A stretch of DNA of 64,000 nt from an uncultured delta proteobacterium (GCA_963712535.1 CAVQIK010000005.1:15-64014); one strand, 5' to 3'; positions 28,829-39,661 are shown, numbered from the stretch's first letter. Program-made: numbers and translations. The notes: generated from the letters alone by a model not told the origin.

Positions 28829-29791
28829 TTATTGTCCCCCCAAAGTGGGCAGGAGGGTTCTGAATATGCGGATGAAAGCCGGTCCCAGAATGGTTACAAA
28901 GAGAGAAGGAAAGATGAAGAAGATCAGGGGGAAGAGAAGCTTCACAGGCAGTTTGGCCGCCACTTCCTCTGCCCTCTGGAACCTCTTCACCCTCATGGCA
29001 TCCGAGTGAACTCGCAGCGCCTGGGAGATACTAGTCCCGAACCTTTCCGTCTGAATCAACAGGGAGGCCAGGTTGTTCACATCTTCCAGGTCGGTGCGAA
29101 CGGCCAGGTCCCGGAAGGCTTCGCGGCGGCCTTTGCCCGCCCGCATTTCCAGGCTCATCAGATTGAATTCATCACTCAAGGTCTTGTTGTTCAATCTCAT
29201 CTCCTCCCCGACCCGGCCGATGGCCGCATCCAGGCCAACGCCGGCTTCCGCGCAAACCACCATCAGATCCAGTGCATCGGGGAGGCCCAGCAGGATTTTT
29301 TCCTTCCTCCGGTCAATCTTCATCCGTAGCCACAAATTGGGCAGAAAAAACCCCGCCATGGCAGACAGGATACAGAGACCGATGAAATTAAGGGGCTGCA
29401 GGGTCGGTAGGAAAGAGAATTTGACCGCCCCGAAGAGCACGGCCAGGAGAATAGCCAGAAAAGTCTTGCTTCCGAAAAAGATCAGAGAGGCATTTTCTTT
29501 CCGGATTCCCGCCTTCAAGAACCTCTTCCGGACATAGGAAACATCGCCTTCCTGGGCCGGTTTGGCCAAGTGTCCCAGGGTTCCCAGGGCTTTTAAGATC
29601 CTTCCCTTTATGGCCGGAAATAAACCCGGTTTTTCCGGTTCTGTTTCCGAAGTCTCCTCCCCGGCCTCGCGGACTCTTTGGACGAGGTCGCGGCGCTCTT
29701 TGAGGTGGCCGGCATAAAGATATGCACCCAGGATAAAGAGAAAAACTCCGGCAAAGGCTAAGATGGCAATAAGCAAAAAGGTGTCGATCAT
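28829..29791 (-). CDS. tadC: Flp pilus assembly inner-membrane platform protein TadC
   Basis: T2SS-F-type domain (LPDALDLMVVCAEAGVGLDAAI), positioned after tadB. Confidence 0.85.
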   Translation of the reverse strand: MIDTFLLIAILAFAGVFLFILGAYLYAGHLKERRDLVQRVREAGEETSETEPEKPGLFPAIKGRILKALGTLGHLAKPAQEGDVSYVRKRFLKAGIRKENASLIFFGSKTFLAILLAVLFGAVKFSFLPTLQPLNFIGLCILSAMAGFFLPNLWLRMKIDRRKEKILLGLPDALDLMVVCAEAGVGLDAAIGRVGEEMRLNNKTLSDEFNLMSLEMRAGKGRREAFRDLAVRTDLEDVNNLASLLIQTERFGTSISQALRVHSDAMRVKRFQRAEEVAAKLPVKLLFPLIFFIFPSLFVTILGPAFIRIFRTLLPTLGGQ

Positions 29792-29799
29792 CTTTCCTC

Positions 29800-30786
29800 C
29801 TATACCCTGATGGCCACCAGCTTTTTCATGACTAAAACCCCCAGGACCATCATCAGCCCGGCAAAGCCCACCATGAGGTTCCCCATGGGGTCGGTAAATA
29901 GAATCTTCAGATAATTCGGATTCAAGAAGATGAGAGCGGTGGCCACCAGGAAGGGTAGGGCGAGCAGGACGATGGCCGAAAATTTTCCCTCGGCGGAAAG
30001 GACCCGGATCCGCCCGTGGAGCTTGAACCGCTCCCGGATCAGGTAAGCGATATTTTCCAGAATCTCCGCCAGGTTCCCTCCGGTTTCCCTCTGGATGAGC
30101 ACGGATATGACGAAAAATCTCAGGTCCGGGCAGTCAACCCGCAGGGAGAGGTTCTTCAGGGCCGTCTGAACGTCTACCCCGAAATTGATCTCGCCCAGGG
30201 TCTTGTCAAATTCCGTTCCGATGGGGTCCTCCATTTCGTCCGCTACCATCTTCAACCCGCCGCTAAAGGCATGCCCGGCCTTCAGCGACCGGGCCATGAG
30301 GTCCAGGGCCTCCGGCAACTGCCGCTCAAATTTCAGCATCCTGCGCCTTTTCCTGGAACAAATGTAAAGCAGGGGAAGCGCTGCCAGGAGGCAAGCCAAG
30401 AGAGCGCCGACCAGGTAACTGGAAATCGCCCAAGAGCCGATAATAAACCCGACCCCCCCCATAAGCAGGGTGAGCAAAAAGAAGACGCCAAGGGGTTGGC
30501 TGATCGCGGCCTGTTCCAGGAGCAAGTTCATTTTCTGGCTCCAGTTGATTTTCAGCAGGAATCGGTTAAGCCAGGGGACCTCGCTCAACTTCACCCGCCG
30601 TTCCAGGCCGTTTCCCACTTTTTCCAGCTCCGCGCCCGTCGAGGAAAGATTCATGAGCCGCGTGTGGACCCTTTTCTTTTCCGGGGTTCTCTGCGTTTGC
30701 CAGAGCGCATAGCCTCCCTCGAGCAGAAGAAGGGTGGCGACAAAAATCCCGACCGCAATCAGAATATCCATAGTCTTTTCTCTCAA
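29800..30786 (-). CDS. tadB: Flp pilus assembly inner-membrane platform protein TadB
   Basis: T2SS-F-type domain (LPEALDLMARSLKAGHAFSGGL), directly downstream of the ATPase. Confidence 0.85.
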   Translation of the reverse strand: MREKTMDILIAVGIFVATLLLLEGGYALWQTQRTPEKKRVHTRLMNLSSTGAELEKVGNGLERRVKLSEVPWLNRFLLKINWSQKMNLLLEQAAISQPLGVFFLLTLLMGGVGFIIGSWAISSYLVGALLACLLAALPLLYICSRKRRRMLKFERQLPEALDLMARSLKAGHAFSGGLKMVADEMEDPIGTEFDKTLGEINFGVDVQTALKNLSLRVDCPDLRFFVISVLIQRETGGNLAEILENIAYLIRERFKLHGRIRVLSAEGKFSAIVLLALPFLVATALIFLNPNYLKILFTDPMGNLMVGFAGLMMVLGVLVMKKLVAIRV

Positions 30787-30858
30787 TGATTGAAATTGGT
30801 AGAGCGATTCCTCGAATGGCCCGCATAAGGGCGGTAATGACGGATCATGCCTGCGGCC

Positions 30859-32244
30859 CTATATTTCATAAACCTTTTCCGCGTTGAATAGGTCGGGAGG
30901 AATTGGAATGCCTGCCGCTTTGAACCTTTCGACGAATTTGGGCCGTATACCGGTCGCCCGGAATCTTCCCTTCACCATTCCTTTGGCATCAATGGCGTTC
31001 TGCTCGAAATGGAAGATCTCCTGCATGGTGATGACCTCCCCTTCCATTCCGGTGATCTCCTGAAAGCTGACGATCTTCCGGGTTCCATCCACCAGACGGG
31101 CAATCTGGATGATGACGTTCAGGGCAGAGCTGATATATTTCCGGATGGACCCGCTGGGGAAGGTATATCCGCTCATGGCCACCAGGGTCTCCAGGCGCAT
31201 CAGGCCATCCCGCGGAGAGTTGGAGTGGAGGGTTACGAGAGAGCCGTCATGGCCGGTATTCATGGCCTGGAGCATATCCAGCACTTCCGCTCCGCGAACC
31301 TCGCCCACGATGATGCGGTCCGGCCTCATCCGTAGGCTGTTTCGGACCAGATCTCGGGCCGTCACTTCTCCCTTACCCTCGATGTTGGGAGGCCGAGTCT
31401 CCAGCCGAACAACGTGTGCCTGTTTCATTTGCAGCTCCGCGGAATCCTCGATGGTGACAATCCGCTCACTCTCCGGGATGAACCGCGAAAGGACATTCAA
31501 AAGGGTGGTCTTCCCGGTGCCGGTACCGCCGGAAATCAGGACGTTCAGCCGGGACTTCACAATGCCCTTCAGAAGTTCGCCGATTTCCGGAGTTATGGTT
31601 TTCAAGGTAAGCAGGTCTTGAATCTCCAGCGGGTCCACCGCGAAGCGGCGGATGGAGAGCATGGGGCCGTCGATGGCCAGGGGGGGGATGACGGCATTGA
31701 CCCGGGAGCCGTCGGCCAGCCGGGCATCCACCATGGGACAGGATTCGTCAATACGGCGGCCCACCGCGGAGACGATCTTATCGATGATGCGCCGGAGGTG
31801 AGTGTCATCTTTAAATCTTGCTTCCGTATGCTCTAGCTTTCCGAACCTTTCCACGTAAATCTGTTTATAGGTATTGACCAGAATATCCGAGACCGTGGGG
31901 TCCTGCATGAAAGGCTCCAAAGGCCCCAGGCCCAGCACTTCATCCTGGATTTCCCGGAAAAACTTCTCCCGCTCCGCGGCATTCAGAGGAAACCCGCTGT
32001 CTTCCTGGAGCAGCTTCTCCGTCAGCCGGCGAATCTCCTGCTTGATCCTGGTCTCATCAAGACCATTGATGAGGGAAAGATCGATAAGGTCCAAGAGGCG
32101 ATTGTGCATTCGGGTCTTTAATTCGTGGTATTCGTTGGATACCACCATCTGAGACGCCAATCCGAAGGCCTTTAGGCTGATTGGGGCTGGCTCCTCTTTC
32201 TTCATGGCTGCGTTTGTTGCAGATTGAAAAGTTAAGAAGGCCAT
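30859..32244 (-). CDS. cpaF: Tad/Flp pilus secretion ATPase CpaF/TadA
   Basis: Walker [19 protein letters not shown], Walker B/His box ([10 protein letters not shown]...AMNTGHDGS). The VirB11/TadA family layout is typical. Confidence 0.95.
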   Translation of the reverse strand: MAFLTFQSATNAAMKKEEPAPISLKAFGLASQMVVSNEYHELKTRMHNRLLDLIDLSLINGLDETRIKQEIRRLTEKLLQEDSGFPLNAAEREKFFREIQDEVLGLGPLEPFMQDPTVSDILVNTYKQIYVERFGKLEHTEARFKDDTHLRRIIDKIVSAVGRRIDESCPMVDARLADGSRVNAVIPPLAIDGPMLSIRRFAVDPLEIQDLLTLKTITPEIGELLKGIVKSRLNVLISGGTGTGKTTLLNVLSRFIPESERIVTIEDSAELQMKQAHVVRLETRPPNIEGKGEVTARDLVRNSLRMRPDRIIVGEVRGAEVLDMLQAMNTGHDGSLVTLHSNSPRDGLMRLETLVAMSGYTFPSGSIRKYISSALNVIIQIARLVDGTRKIVSFQEITGMEGEVITMQEIFHFEQNAIDAKGMVKGRFRATGIRPKFVERFKAAGIPIPPDLFNAEKVYEI

Positions 32245-32340
32245 CTTGCAGTCTCCTTTTCTCCTGATCGGCCACTTTGCTTTGCCATCACCTCCGGTTA
32301 TAACGGGGGAGGCGGAATCTTTACTGAGCGTTCAGCTTCT

Positions 32341-33516
32341 TTACCTGGCCCTTTTACCCCAGAATCCTATCTTTTCTTTTTCCGGTTCTTTTCGCGCCAA
32401 CCCTTTTTCGTGCAGGGAATTGGCCAATTCCCTGAAGTTTTTACAGATCTCCGTGCCGGCCCCCGCCTGGAAAATGATTTTCCCCTGGTTGATGCACGCC
32501 ATGGTGGTCTGAAAATCGTTGGGAATCTGCCAGAAAATCTTGTGGTTCAGGCTCTGTTCCGCTTCTTTAAGCGAAATCACGGAATTCTTTTGGTAACGGT
32601 TGATGATTATCCGAATTTTATCCGTGCCGGAGAAGCCCAACCTCTGGACAGCCCAGAGCAGCTTTTTGACGTTGGTAAGGCAGGGCAGACTCAGGTTGGC
32701 GACCACCAGGTTTCGATGGGCCATTTCCAGGATCTTGAGGGATAGATCATCCACCGCTTGCCCCCCGTCCACGACCGTAAAATCGAAGCTTTCCTGCAGG
32801 GCTTCCAAAAGTTTCTCCAAAATTTCCGGGGTTACCCGGTTCTCGCCGTCCAGCCCGGCGGGCGAAGGGAGAACGGAAATCCGGGAAGGGTGCTTGAAGA
32901 GGATGCTTCGTAAGAAGGTCCCGTCCACCCGGGAGATATTCTTGACTACTTCTCCCCAGTCAAAAGAAGATTTTATGTCCAGAAAGATGGGGATCTCCCC
33001 GAAGTTCAGGTTCATATCCACCAGGGCCACGGACCGGGACTTGTCCTGCTCGGCAAGGCCGGCCGCAAGATTCACGGCGATAGTCGTAACTCCCACTCCC
33101 CCTTTGCTGCCGATGACGTGGATAATCTTCCCCCGCTTCTTTGGCTCTTGAACGGGGGAGGGGCCTTTCCAATCCTCCTTGAATTTGGCCAGGGAATTCC
33201 GCACCTCTTCCCCTTTTATGGGCTGAGAGAAGAATTCCTTGGCCCCCGCTCTCAAAGCTTCGATCAGGACATTGGGCTCCAGGTGGGGGGAGGTCAGAAA
33301 AATCGCTCCCACCGAGCCGGCGGACTGAAGGGAACGAATGAGCTGGAACTCCCGCTTCAGATCCTCTCCGATTTCGAGGATCAGAAGGTCGCACCCCTTC
33401 GAAGGGTCAGGATCTATCGGCCGGAACCCTGCTGTCGAAGAGAGGATTTTTTCCATCTCTCTCCTCACGTCCCTGTTCTTGATCTCCAATTGAACGGAAA
33501 TTAGATCACCCGACAT
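32341..33516 (-). CDS. cpaE: CpaE/TadZ-like pilus localisation ATPase (pseudo-receiver plus MinD/ParA domain)
   Basis: N-terminal receiver-like domain, followed by the deviant Walker A GSKGGVGVTTIAVNLAAGLA. Confidence 0.8.
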   Translation of the reverse strand: MSGDLISVQLEIKNRDVRREMEKILSSTAGFRPIDPDPSKGCDLLILEIGEDLKREFQLIRSLQSAGSVGAIFLTSPHLEPNVLIEALRAGAKEFFSQPIKGEEVRNSLAKFKEDWKGPSPVQEPKKRGKIIHVIGSKGGVGVTTIAVNLAAGLAEQDKSRSVALVDMNLNFGEIPIFLDIKSSFDWGEVVKNISRVDGTFLRSILFKHPSRISVLPSPAGLDGENRVTPEILEKLLEALQESFDFTVVDGGQAVDDLSLKILEMAHRNLVVANLSLPCLTNVKKLLWAVQRLGFSGTDKIRIIINRYQKNSVISLKEAEQSLNHKIFWQIPNDFQTTMACINQGKIIFQAGAGTEICKNFRELANSLHEKGLARKEPEKEKIGFWGKRAR

Positions 33517-33550
33517 TTCTCACCTCTTCTATTTCCAAAGAGTTGCGTTC

Positions 33551-34837
33551 TCACGCAACCAGACGCAACTTTATTTCTTTGGCGATCTTTTTAAAAATGG
33601 CTTCCAGCTCGGCGGAGGTGGGGGCATAATATTCATAAGTCGACCCACTCGCGATCTGCCCGAGAACACTTGTATCCACATCCCCAAGCCCGATTGTATA
33701 AATCTTTATGTATTTATCCTTCAATTCCTGAGCATGGTCTATGGCCATCTGTTTGGCGGTGCTACAAATATAGGGCGCTAATATGGATTTTGGTTTATCG
33801 CACTGAAGTGGGTTCGGCAAAGCGTATTTGGCGTCTGAAAAAACGTACCACCTCGTATTTAAATATCTTCCAGAGGAGTTCCTACAATTTGTCCGTATGC
33901 CTCCGGATGTTTTTTCGCCGTCGCCTGTTGGAGTCGGGGACAGGACGGAGGTGGGATAGGTGCTTTCCGAATTTGTATATCCCATAGAAGGCCACACTGT
34001 ATCGCAGTGCTGGCCGGTGCCCATAACTACGGCGTTATAATCTATTCCGTTTTCTCTGAACTTGCCCGTGAAAGCAGTCGGGTGCCCGTCGGTGAAGAAG
34101 ATCAGATACTGTTGCTTGCGCTTGTCCCCCGGAATTCCGGTCTGATCGGTAAAACCCTGGATGCCGTCGGCCTGGTCTATGGCATGCTCCGCATTCGTGG
34201 CGCCCGTGGCATTCATTGCCTTGATCTTCGTTTCCATGGCGGAAACAAAATTCGTGGTAAGCGGCTGATCTACGGTTACCCCGGTGGCAAAGCTGATTAG
34301 CCCCATTTTGTCCTTATCCTGGGTCTCTTTGAAGTAGTCCAGAAAGCTTGTCGCCGCCGTCTTCAGGTCCCTCAGGGGTGTCCCGTCCATGGACCCCGAC
34401 CTGTCCAGGACCATCATGATTTCCACTTCATTTTTTTGGCCTACCCCTTCGCTTTGAGCAGGGATCTGATTAAGTCCAAATAAACGAGCCAGAATCGCCT
34501 GGGCGTTCACGTTCCCCGTCACCTTGACATTCTTGCTATCTATCGTCTTGGTGGTAAATAAGATAGACCCCGCTCCGGCGCCGGGTGTTTCCGCATAACC
34601 GGCGGGAAAGTTCTCTTTCCCGATTTCCTGCACAATGGTATCTACGGTAACATAAGGGTTGGATATGTTCTTGGCGCCGGCCATTGCGGCGGCATCCACT
34701 CCTTTGGAGAGCTCCGCCCGGACCAGGTACCATCTGCCGACTTCCATCCCAAGGGCAAGGAAACCAATGAGCACAATTAGGAGAAGACCAAAAATGATTA
34801 ACACGGCCCCCCTTTGGTTATGAGTAATACTTTTCAT
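33551..34837 (-). CDS. tadG: TadG-like pseudopilin/anchor with von Willebrand A domain
   Basis: Start at MKSITHNQRGAV, after GAGGAGGGG. TadE/G N-terminal segment (GAVLIIFGLLLIVLIGFLALGMEVGRWY). vWA MIDAS VLDRSGSM. Confidence 0.8.
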   Translation of the reverse strand: MKSITHNQRGAVLIIFGLLLIVLIGFLALGMEVGRWYLVRAELSKGVDAAAMAGAKNISNPYVTVDTIVQEIGKENFPAGYAETPGAGAGSILFTTKTIDSKNVKVTGNVNAQAILARLFGLNQIPAQSEGVGQKNEVEIMMVLDRSGSMDGTPLRDLKTAATSFLDYFKETQDKDKMGLISFATGVTVDQPLTTNFVSAMETKIKAMNATGATNAEHAIDQADGIQGFTDQTGIPGDKRKQQYLIFFTDGHPTAFTGKFRENGIDYNAVVMGTGQHCDTVWPSMGYTNSESTYPTSVLSPTPTGDGEKTSGGIRTNCRNSSGRYLNTRWYVFSDAKYALPNPLQCDKPKSILAPYICSTAKQMAIDHAQELKDKYIKIYTIGLGDVDTSVLGQIASGSTYEYYAPTSAELEAIFKKIAKEIKLRLVA

Positions 34838-34911
34838 TCTTGGCCCCTCCTCATTATTCTGTATCTGCTTAAGCATCTTTCCTCTTCCATCCCCCCCAGT
34901 GATGGATTTAT

Positions 34912-35496
34912 TTAAAACACGGATTTGGACCCGATGATGATTCCATCCCCATTCGTTAAAAGAATTTTCTCGATGAATTTGGGGAGTGGAGTAATGGGGC
35001 GATATTTGTAATAAACCTCCACCACCGTAATATCCGAGATGTCGGAGGCTTTTTGGGCTTCATCAAACTTCAAATGATTGTACAAAACCGGCGAAAGCCC
35101 TAGATTGCTATTCGGACTCCTAGGGGTGCCGCACACGCTAGGGACGCCAAGACCTCCGGAATTGAACTGGGCGTCGATCGTGGGGTTGGGCAAAGCTTGG
35201 GTTCCTCCTGCTTTGATTTTGGTGATGAATATTGTCCCCAAATTCAAGAGATCGAGCGGGGTGGCGGAGGATTGAAGCATAAGGAGGAGGTCATTTCCAA
35301 TCTTAATGTCACGGGAAGCCAGGCTTCCCCCTTCCCGGCTCACATTGGTTACCACCAGCCGGGCCTGGATCAATCTGCCGAAGTCAATCACCGCAAAAGC
35401 CATGATGCACAGGATCGGAAGAATGAAAGCCAATTCCAGAGTGGCTATGCCTCTTTCTTTACTTTTCAATAAGTTTTTCATAATCGTTTTTCTCAA
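34912..35496 (-). CDS. tadE: TadE-like minor pilin
   Basis: ERGIATLELAFILPILCIMAFAVIDFGR TadE N-terminal motif. Confidence 0.8.
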   Translation of the reverse strand: MRKTIMKNLLKSKERGIATLELAFILPILCIMAFAVIDFGRLIQARLVVTNVSREGGSLASRDIKIGNDLLLMLQSSATPLDLLNLGTIFITKIKAGGTQALPNPTIDAQFNSGGLGVPSVCGTPRSPNSNLGLSPVLYNHLKFDEAQKASDISDITVVEVYYKYRPITPLPKFIEKILLTNGDGIIIGSKSVF

Positions 35497-35576
35497 GATT
35501 CATTTCCCGTAACTTTGCCCGGAACAACCTTTTGGATAACCCCGGGCTTGCCCCGTATCGCCGTTTCATCCTCTCA

Positions 35577-36083
35577 TTAATCAAATGACTCATTTCGGTA
35601 TGTGGCTTCTGCCTGAAGGCCGGAGGTTCCTTCCGGGAAAAATTTCCCGATCATAGGGTTCAGGAAAGCGAATGTATATTGGGTTCTCACCCGCATATAG
35701 TCTCCTGCGGCGCCAGCGTCTAAAGTGCCTTTCCACCCCACAGGGTCACTGTAATCTCCTTGAACCGGGAAAATACTGATGCTGAGTTTTGAGGGATCGA
35801 GAGCGGCGGAAGCATAATTTTGAATGGTCGCGACAATGGATGCCACTCTAGTCATTGGGTTTCCAGTCACTGGGTCATTCAGGGTCTTTCCCACCAACCC
35901 CAGTCGGACCCCTTCCCGAGTAGCAAACTGTAGTGTATGTTGAACGAAGAAATACCTTCCAAAATCGATAATCCCCATGATGAGCAAGAGAAAAATGGGC
36001 AATATGAGGGCGAATTCTACCGCGGCGACACCCTTAATATTTCCGTTCCTTATTCTCAGTTTCAAGAATCCGACCCTCCCCAT
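35577..36083 (-). CDS. second TadE/TadF-like minor pilin
   Basis: GVAAVEFALILPIFLLLIMGIIDFGRYF TadE N-terminal motif. Confidence 0.8.
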   Translation of the reverse strand: MGRVGFLKLRIRNGNIKGVAAVEFALILPIFLLLIMGIIDFGRYFFVQHTLQFATREGVRLGLVGKTLNDPVTGNPMTRVASIVATIQNYASAALDPSKLSISIFPVQGDYSDPVGWKGTLDAGAAGDYMRVRTQYTFAFLNPMIGKFFPEGTSGLQAEATYRNESFD

Positions 36084-36170
36084 GGACCACGATCAACGGG
36101 AAAAGCAAATTAGGCAAGTTCGTATGGTTCGCGTCTTCATATTTGCCTGGCTACTCACTTACCACCGTCA

Positions 36171-36449
36171 TTATTGGCCCGTAGAACCCATTCTGATACT
36201 ATAAACGGGGGCTACTGGGGGTTTTTCAAATTCTTTCTGATATCTGTCCATGGTGTACTTGGCTGCTCCCCCGTCAAAGCCGGCGACCGGCGCCACGTTT
36301 TTCCCGGCCTGAGGATTCAAGGTCTGGTTGAAGGTAGAGAGTTTCGTCGAAGTCCCGTAATCCGTCGCTAGCCGAGAGGGTCCGGCGCAGGCCGATGCGC
36401 CCACAGCGAAAATAATCAAATAACCGGCGATCCAAAATCTTTTATTCAT
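36171..36449 (-). CDS. small lipoprotein of the Tad locus, unknown function
   Basis: The internal ATG at 36449 follows GGAGGAAG. The protein is MNKRFWIAGYLIIFAVGASAC (lipobox), 92 aa. It occupies the slot between the secretin and the minor pilins. Confidence 0.5.
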   Translation of the reverse strand: MNKRFWIAGYLIIFAVGASACAGPSRLATDYGTSTKLSTFNQTLNPQAGKNVAPVAGFDGGAAKYTMDRYQKEFEKPPVAPVYSIRMGSTGQ

Positions 36450-36535
36450 TTCTTCCTCCGTTCTTTGATGGTAATCCTGTAGGGCGACCCGCCGGGCCGC
36501 CCCAGCCACCGCCGCCGGGGCGGGGTGAGGGAAAT

Positions 36536-37993
36536 TTATTTCTGGGTGATGTGCCCGAATTTTCCTTCCAATTTCAAATCTTTGTCCACTCCGGCCGAAG
36601 GGGTTCCGGGTTGGGATGAATTCTTTTTTTCCTCGCCTTCCAGCTTTCCCATTAGGTACCATTCGAAATCATCCGGTTCGATATACTGATCGGTAGGCAA
36701 AGTCTGCTTCGCCAAATCCATGGGTTTGACCAGATGAGGAGTTACAATGATGATCAATTCTGTTTCGTTCTTCTGGAATTCTGTGCTTCGAAAGAGAACG
36801 CCGAGGATCGGAATGTCCCCCAAGAGGGGGAATTTGTTAATCACTTCTCGGGTGTTGTTCGCTAGCAGACCGGCAATGGCAAAGCTCTGCCCGTCGCCGA
36901 GCTCGATAACAGTGGAAACCCGCCGGGTGGTGACGGCCGGCACGATGTACCCGCTGATGGTTACCGCTTTGGAAAAGTCAAGTTCGGAGACTTCCGGCGC
37001 AACCTGCATGTTGATCTTGTTACCGTCCAAAACCGTGGGAGTGAAATTTAGCGCCACCCCGTAAGGCTTGTAGTCGATGGTGATAGTCACAAAACCGCCG
37101 GCACCCGATTGGGGGACTGGAATGGGGTACTCTCCCCCGGCCAGGAAATTGGCCTTTCTGCCGCTCATGGTGATGAGGGTAGGTTCAGCCAGAACTTTTA
37201 AGAGTCCCTCTTGTTTCAATGCGTCCACGAATACAGTCCAGGTAGCGCCCTGTTGAAGGAAGCGTACGATGCCAGTGACATTATCAGAGACCCCCAAGCC
37301 AGAGCCTGGAAACCCTTGCGAAGGCAGCTTGGTAAGGCCGTTTAACAAACTCAACCCGAAGCTCTGGCCATTGGAGGAGAGGTAACTAAAGTTAACCCCC
37401 AGCCGGCGCAGAAGATTACGGGACATCTCTGCCACGCGAACTTCCAGCATGACCTGGTGCACCCCGCCAACCTGCATCAAATTGACCACCTTTTTCGGGA
37501 AGTAGGACTCCGCCAGGGCCATAATTTGCGAGAGGGCGGCGGTGCTGGAGACATTTCCGGATAAGGTTATGCTCTCATGTGTTGCGGTCGCCTGGACATC
37601 TTTCTCTTCGGGGAAAATCTTATGCAGGGTTTCCTTAAACCGGGAAATGTCCGGGGAAACATCCAGATGAACAACGGCGGAAACCTTGTCCTCCGCCTCC
37701 CAGAAAGTGAGGGTGGTCGAACCCGGCATTTTGCCGGTGACGTAAACCTGCCGGGGGGTGATCACGATGGCATCGGCGATCTCCGGCGAAGCGAGGGAAA
37801 CCCGTTTGACCGGCTCGGGGGTGGCAACGATCAAAGATTTACCGATGGTGAGGGTTAACTTCTGGGGGGCGGTTGTCTCCAGCTTGATCCGGGAAGGCCC
37901 TTCCCCCCAGCTCCGGACGGGAAAAATCAGGCAGAAGACAATAAGAAGTGATGCCAAGAAGAACGGGCTTTTCTTTTCGATTCGGGCATTCAT
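36536..37993 (-). CDS. cpaC: Tad secretin CpaC/RcpA
   Basis: Signal peptide, N-terminal BON-like region and a secretin core (LLKVLAEPTLITMSGRKANFLAGGEYPIP...IPILGVLFRS). Confidence 0.9.
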   Translation of the reverse strand: MNARIEKKSPFFLASLLIVFCLIFPVRSWGEGPSRIKLETTAPQKLTLTIGKSLIVATPEPVKRVSLASPEIADAIVITPRQVYVTGKMPGSTTLTFWEAEDKVSAVVHLDVSPDISRFKETLHKIFPEEKDVQATATHESITLSGNVSSTAALSQIMALAESYFPKKVVNLMQVGGVHQVMLEVRVAEMSRNLLRRLGVNFSYLSSNGQSFGLSLLNGLTKLPSQGFPGSGLGVSDNVTGIVRFLQQGATWTVFVDALKQEGLLKVLAEPTLITMSGRKANFLAGGEYPIPVPQSGAGGFVTITIDYKPYGVALNFTPTVLDGNKINMQVAPEVSELDFSKAVTISGYIVPAVTTRRVSTVIELGDGQSFAIAGLLANNTREVINKFPLLGDIPILGVLFRSTEFQKNETELIIIVTPHLVKPMDLAKQTLPTDQYIEPDDFEWYLMGKLEGEEKKNSSQPGTPSAGVDKDLKLEGKFGHITQK

Positions 37994-38946
37994 CTGGTTC
38001 CATCCTCCCTTTCAAATTTCACTTCATTGACCTTGCTTCCCTTAATTACTTCGACCACATATGCGGGTTTTTTTTCCGGAGGTTTGTCTTTCGACGATGG
38101 CGGGGCGCTCTCGACCCTCTTTTCCGCCAGCATCACCGGCGGCTTGTCCGGAACTGGTTTCGCTTTCTCCACTCGCTTTCTTTGGGCTCCAGGTTTTTTG
38201 CCGGAGTGATTGGTATCCTTTTCCGAATTGTAAGACGCCAGCAATATTGGAATCGTGGTTCCCTTCGTCCGGACATCCTCGGTATCGCTGAAATTTCTCA
38301 GGGCCAGTTGAAGCTTTCCTTCCGTCGCCGCCAAGGCCAGCTTTTGAGCCTCTTCCGGGGCCGCTTCCAGAGTGATAACATTCACGTTGGTCGGCTCCTT
38401 GCCCTTCTTTTCCACTTCCGGGCCGGCGGCCAGGACCAGGATGTTTTCCAAAACGATCTTGGTCACCGGTTTGGAACTACCCCCCCGGTCCGGGTTTATC
38501 GTAACCAGGACGTCCACCCGGTTTCCCGCATTGATGAATCCTGCTACCCCAATTACCGGATCTACCCTTACTGCCACTGCGCGCTTTTTCGGAGAGATCA
38601 CGGCGGCAACTCCCCCGGTGCTGATGTTTGAAGGGGCCAGCCTGGATTCGAAGATCGGTTCGTTGGCCTTGACCGGAAAAACAAGGACCCTGCCCACAAG
38701 AGACCCACAATCGGAAAATGTTCCCTGGGGGAGATTCTCTTTCAGGTAGGAAACTGTCTTAATCTTATCCTTGGTGATCGCGGTGCCCCAGGGCATGTCG
38801 CCGGCAGCCACAGCCACTGGCTGGGTGGGCAAAGGAGCCACCACTGTTTGGGTTTTTTTCTGGAGCGAGGTGTAGATCAAAATGCTGGTGGCCAGGGCGA
38901 TGATCACGGCTACACCCAACAGAACAAAAGGTTTATGCTTTCCCAT
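37990..38946 (-). CDS. cpaB: CpaB/RcpC pilus assembly protein with Lys/Pro-rich C-terminal extension
   Basis: Start at MGKHKPFVLLGVAVIIALATSILIY (TM anchor). SAF-like and RcpC regions. About 80 aa of extra KP-rich tail ends in YVVEVIKGSKVNEVKF. A 4-nt overlap joins it to cpaC. Confidence 0.85.
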   Translation of the reverse strand: MGKHKPFVLLGVAVIIALATSILIYTSLQKKTQTVVAPLPTQPVAVAAGDMPWGTAITKDKIKTVSYLKENLPQGTFSDCGSLVGRVLVFPVKANEPIFESRLAPSNISTGGVAAVISPKKRAVAVRVDPVIGVAGFINAGNRVDVLVTINPDRGGSSKPVTKIVLENILVLAAGPEVEKKGKEPTNVNVITLEAAPEEAQKLALAATEGKLQLALRNFSDTEDVRTKGTTIPILLASYNSEKDTNHSGKKPGAQRKRVEKAKPVPDKPPVMLAEKRVESAPPSSKDKPPEKKPAYVVEVIKGSKVNEVKFEREDGTR

Positions 38947-39099
38947 TCTTAACCTCCATGATTTATGAATTCGCAACGGCTTTACGGCTTGAACTGGATC
39001 AGGCCCTGTATGGATCTTGACGTATCGGGAGACCGGAAATATATAAAGTGCGGTATTCGTTCGCACCGTTGAGTCTTCCCCATCTGATATGGCATCGCC

Positions 39100-39639
39100 T
39101 CATAAAATACGACCCCTCAAGCCAAGTGAAAGAAAGGTGCCCAAGGCAATGGCCAGGCCGTACCATAACTTGGGCTTTCTTTCTCTCGCGGTCGGAGGGA
39201 CGTAAATAAAATGCGTAGTCAATAAAAAGGTCTTCAGCATGATTCTGTACCTGAGTATTGTCTTCTTCAGAATCCCGTGATAAGCCAGGAGAACCAATGC
39301 ATAGATACCGCCCACCATGGCGGTAAAAAGAAAAGCGGTAAAGACGCCTTTGGGACCAAGCAGCCCGCCTACAGCCCCTAACAGCTTGGCATCGCCGGCC
39401 CCCATTCCTCCTAATAAATAAAAGGGAAGCAAAATGGCAATGCCGACAGCGATCCCTTCCAGAGTGAAGAGAAGGCCGCTAAACCCGTTCAGGGCGGTAT
39501 GATAGGAAAGGGCCAAGCCCGCCGCAGGGAAAGTGAGCCAGTTTGGGATCTTATGGAATCGAATGTCCCATGCAGCACTGGTGAACAAAAGCGTGGCCAA
39601 GAGTAATGAGGGAACAGGGTCTGAATAATTTATCGGCAT
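39100..39639 (-). CDS. cpaA: prepilin peptidase CpaA/TadV (A24 family, no methyltransferase domain)
   Basis: 179-aa polytopic protein with the GMGAGDAKLLGAVGGLLG aspartyl motif. Confidence 0.85.
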   Translation of the reverse strand: MPINYSDPVPSLLLATLLFTSAAWDIRFHKIPNWLTFPAAGLALSYHTALNGFSGLLFTLEGIAVGIAILLPFYLLGGMGAGDAKLLGAVGGLLGPKGVFTAFLFTAMVGGIYALVLLAYHGILKKTILRYRIMLKTFLLTTHFIYVPPTARERKPKLWYGLAIALGTFLSLGLRGRIL

Positions 39640-39661
39640 CTCTTCCTCAGATTAAATCCGA

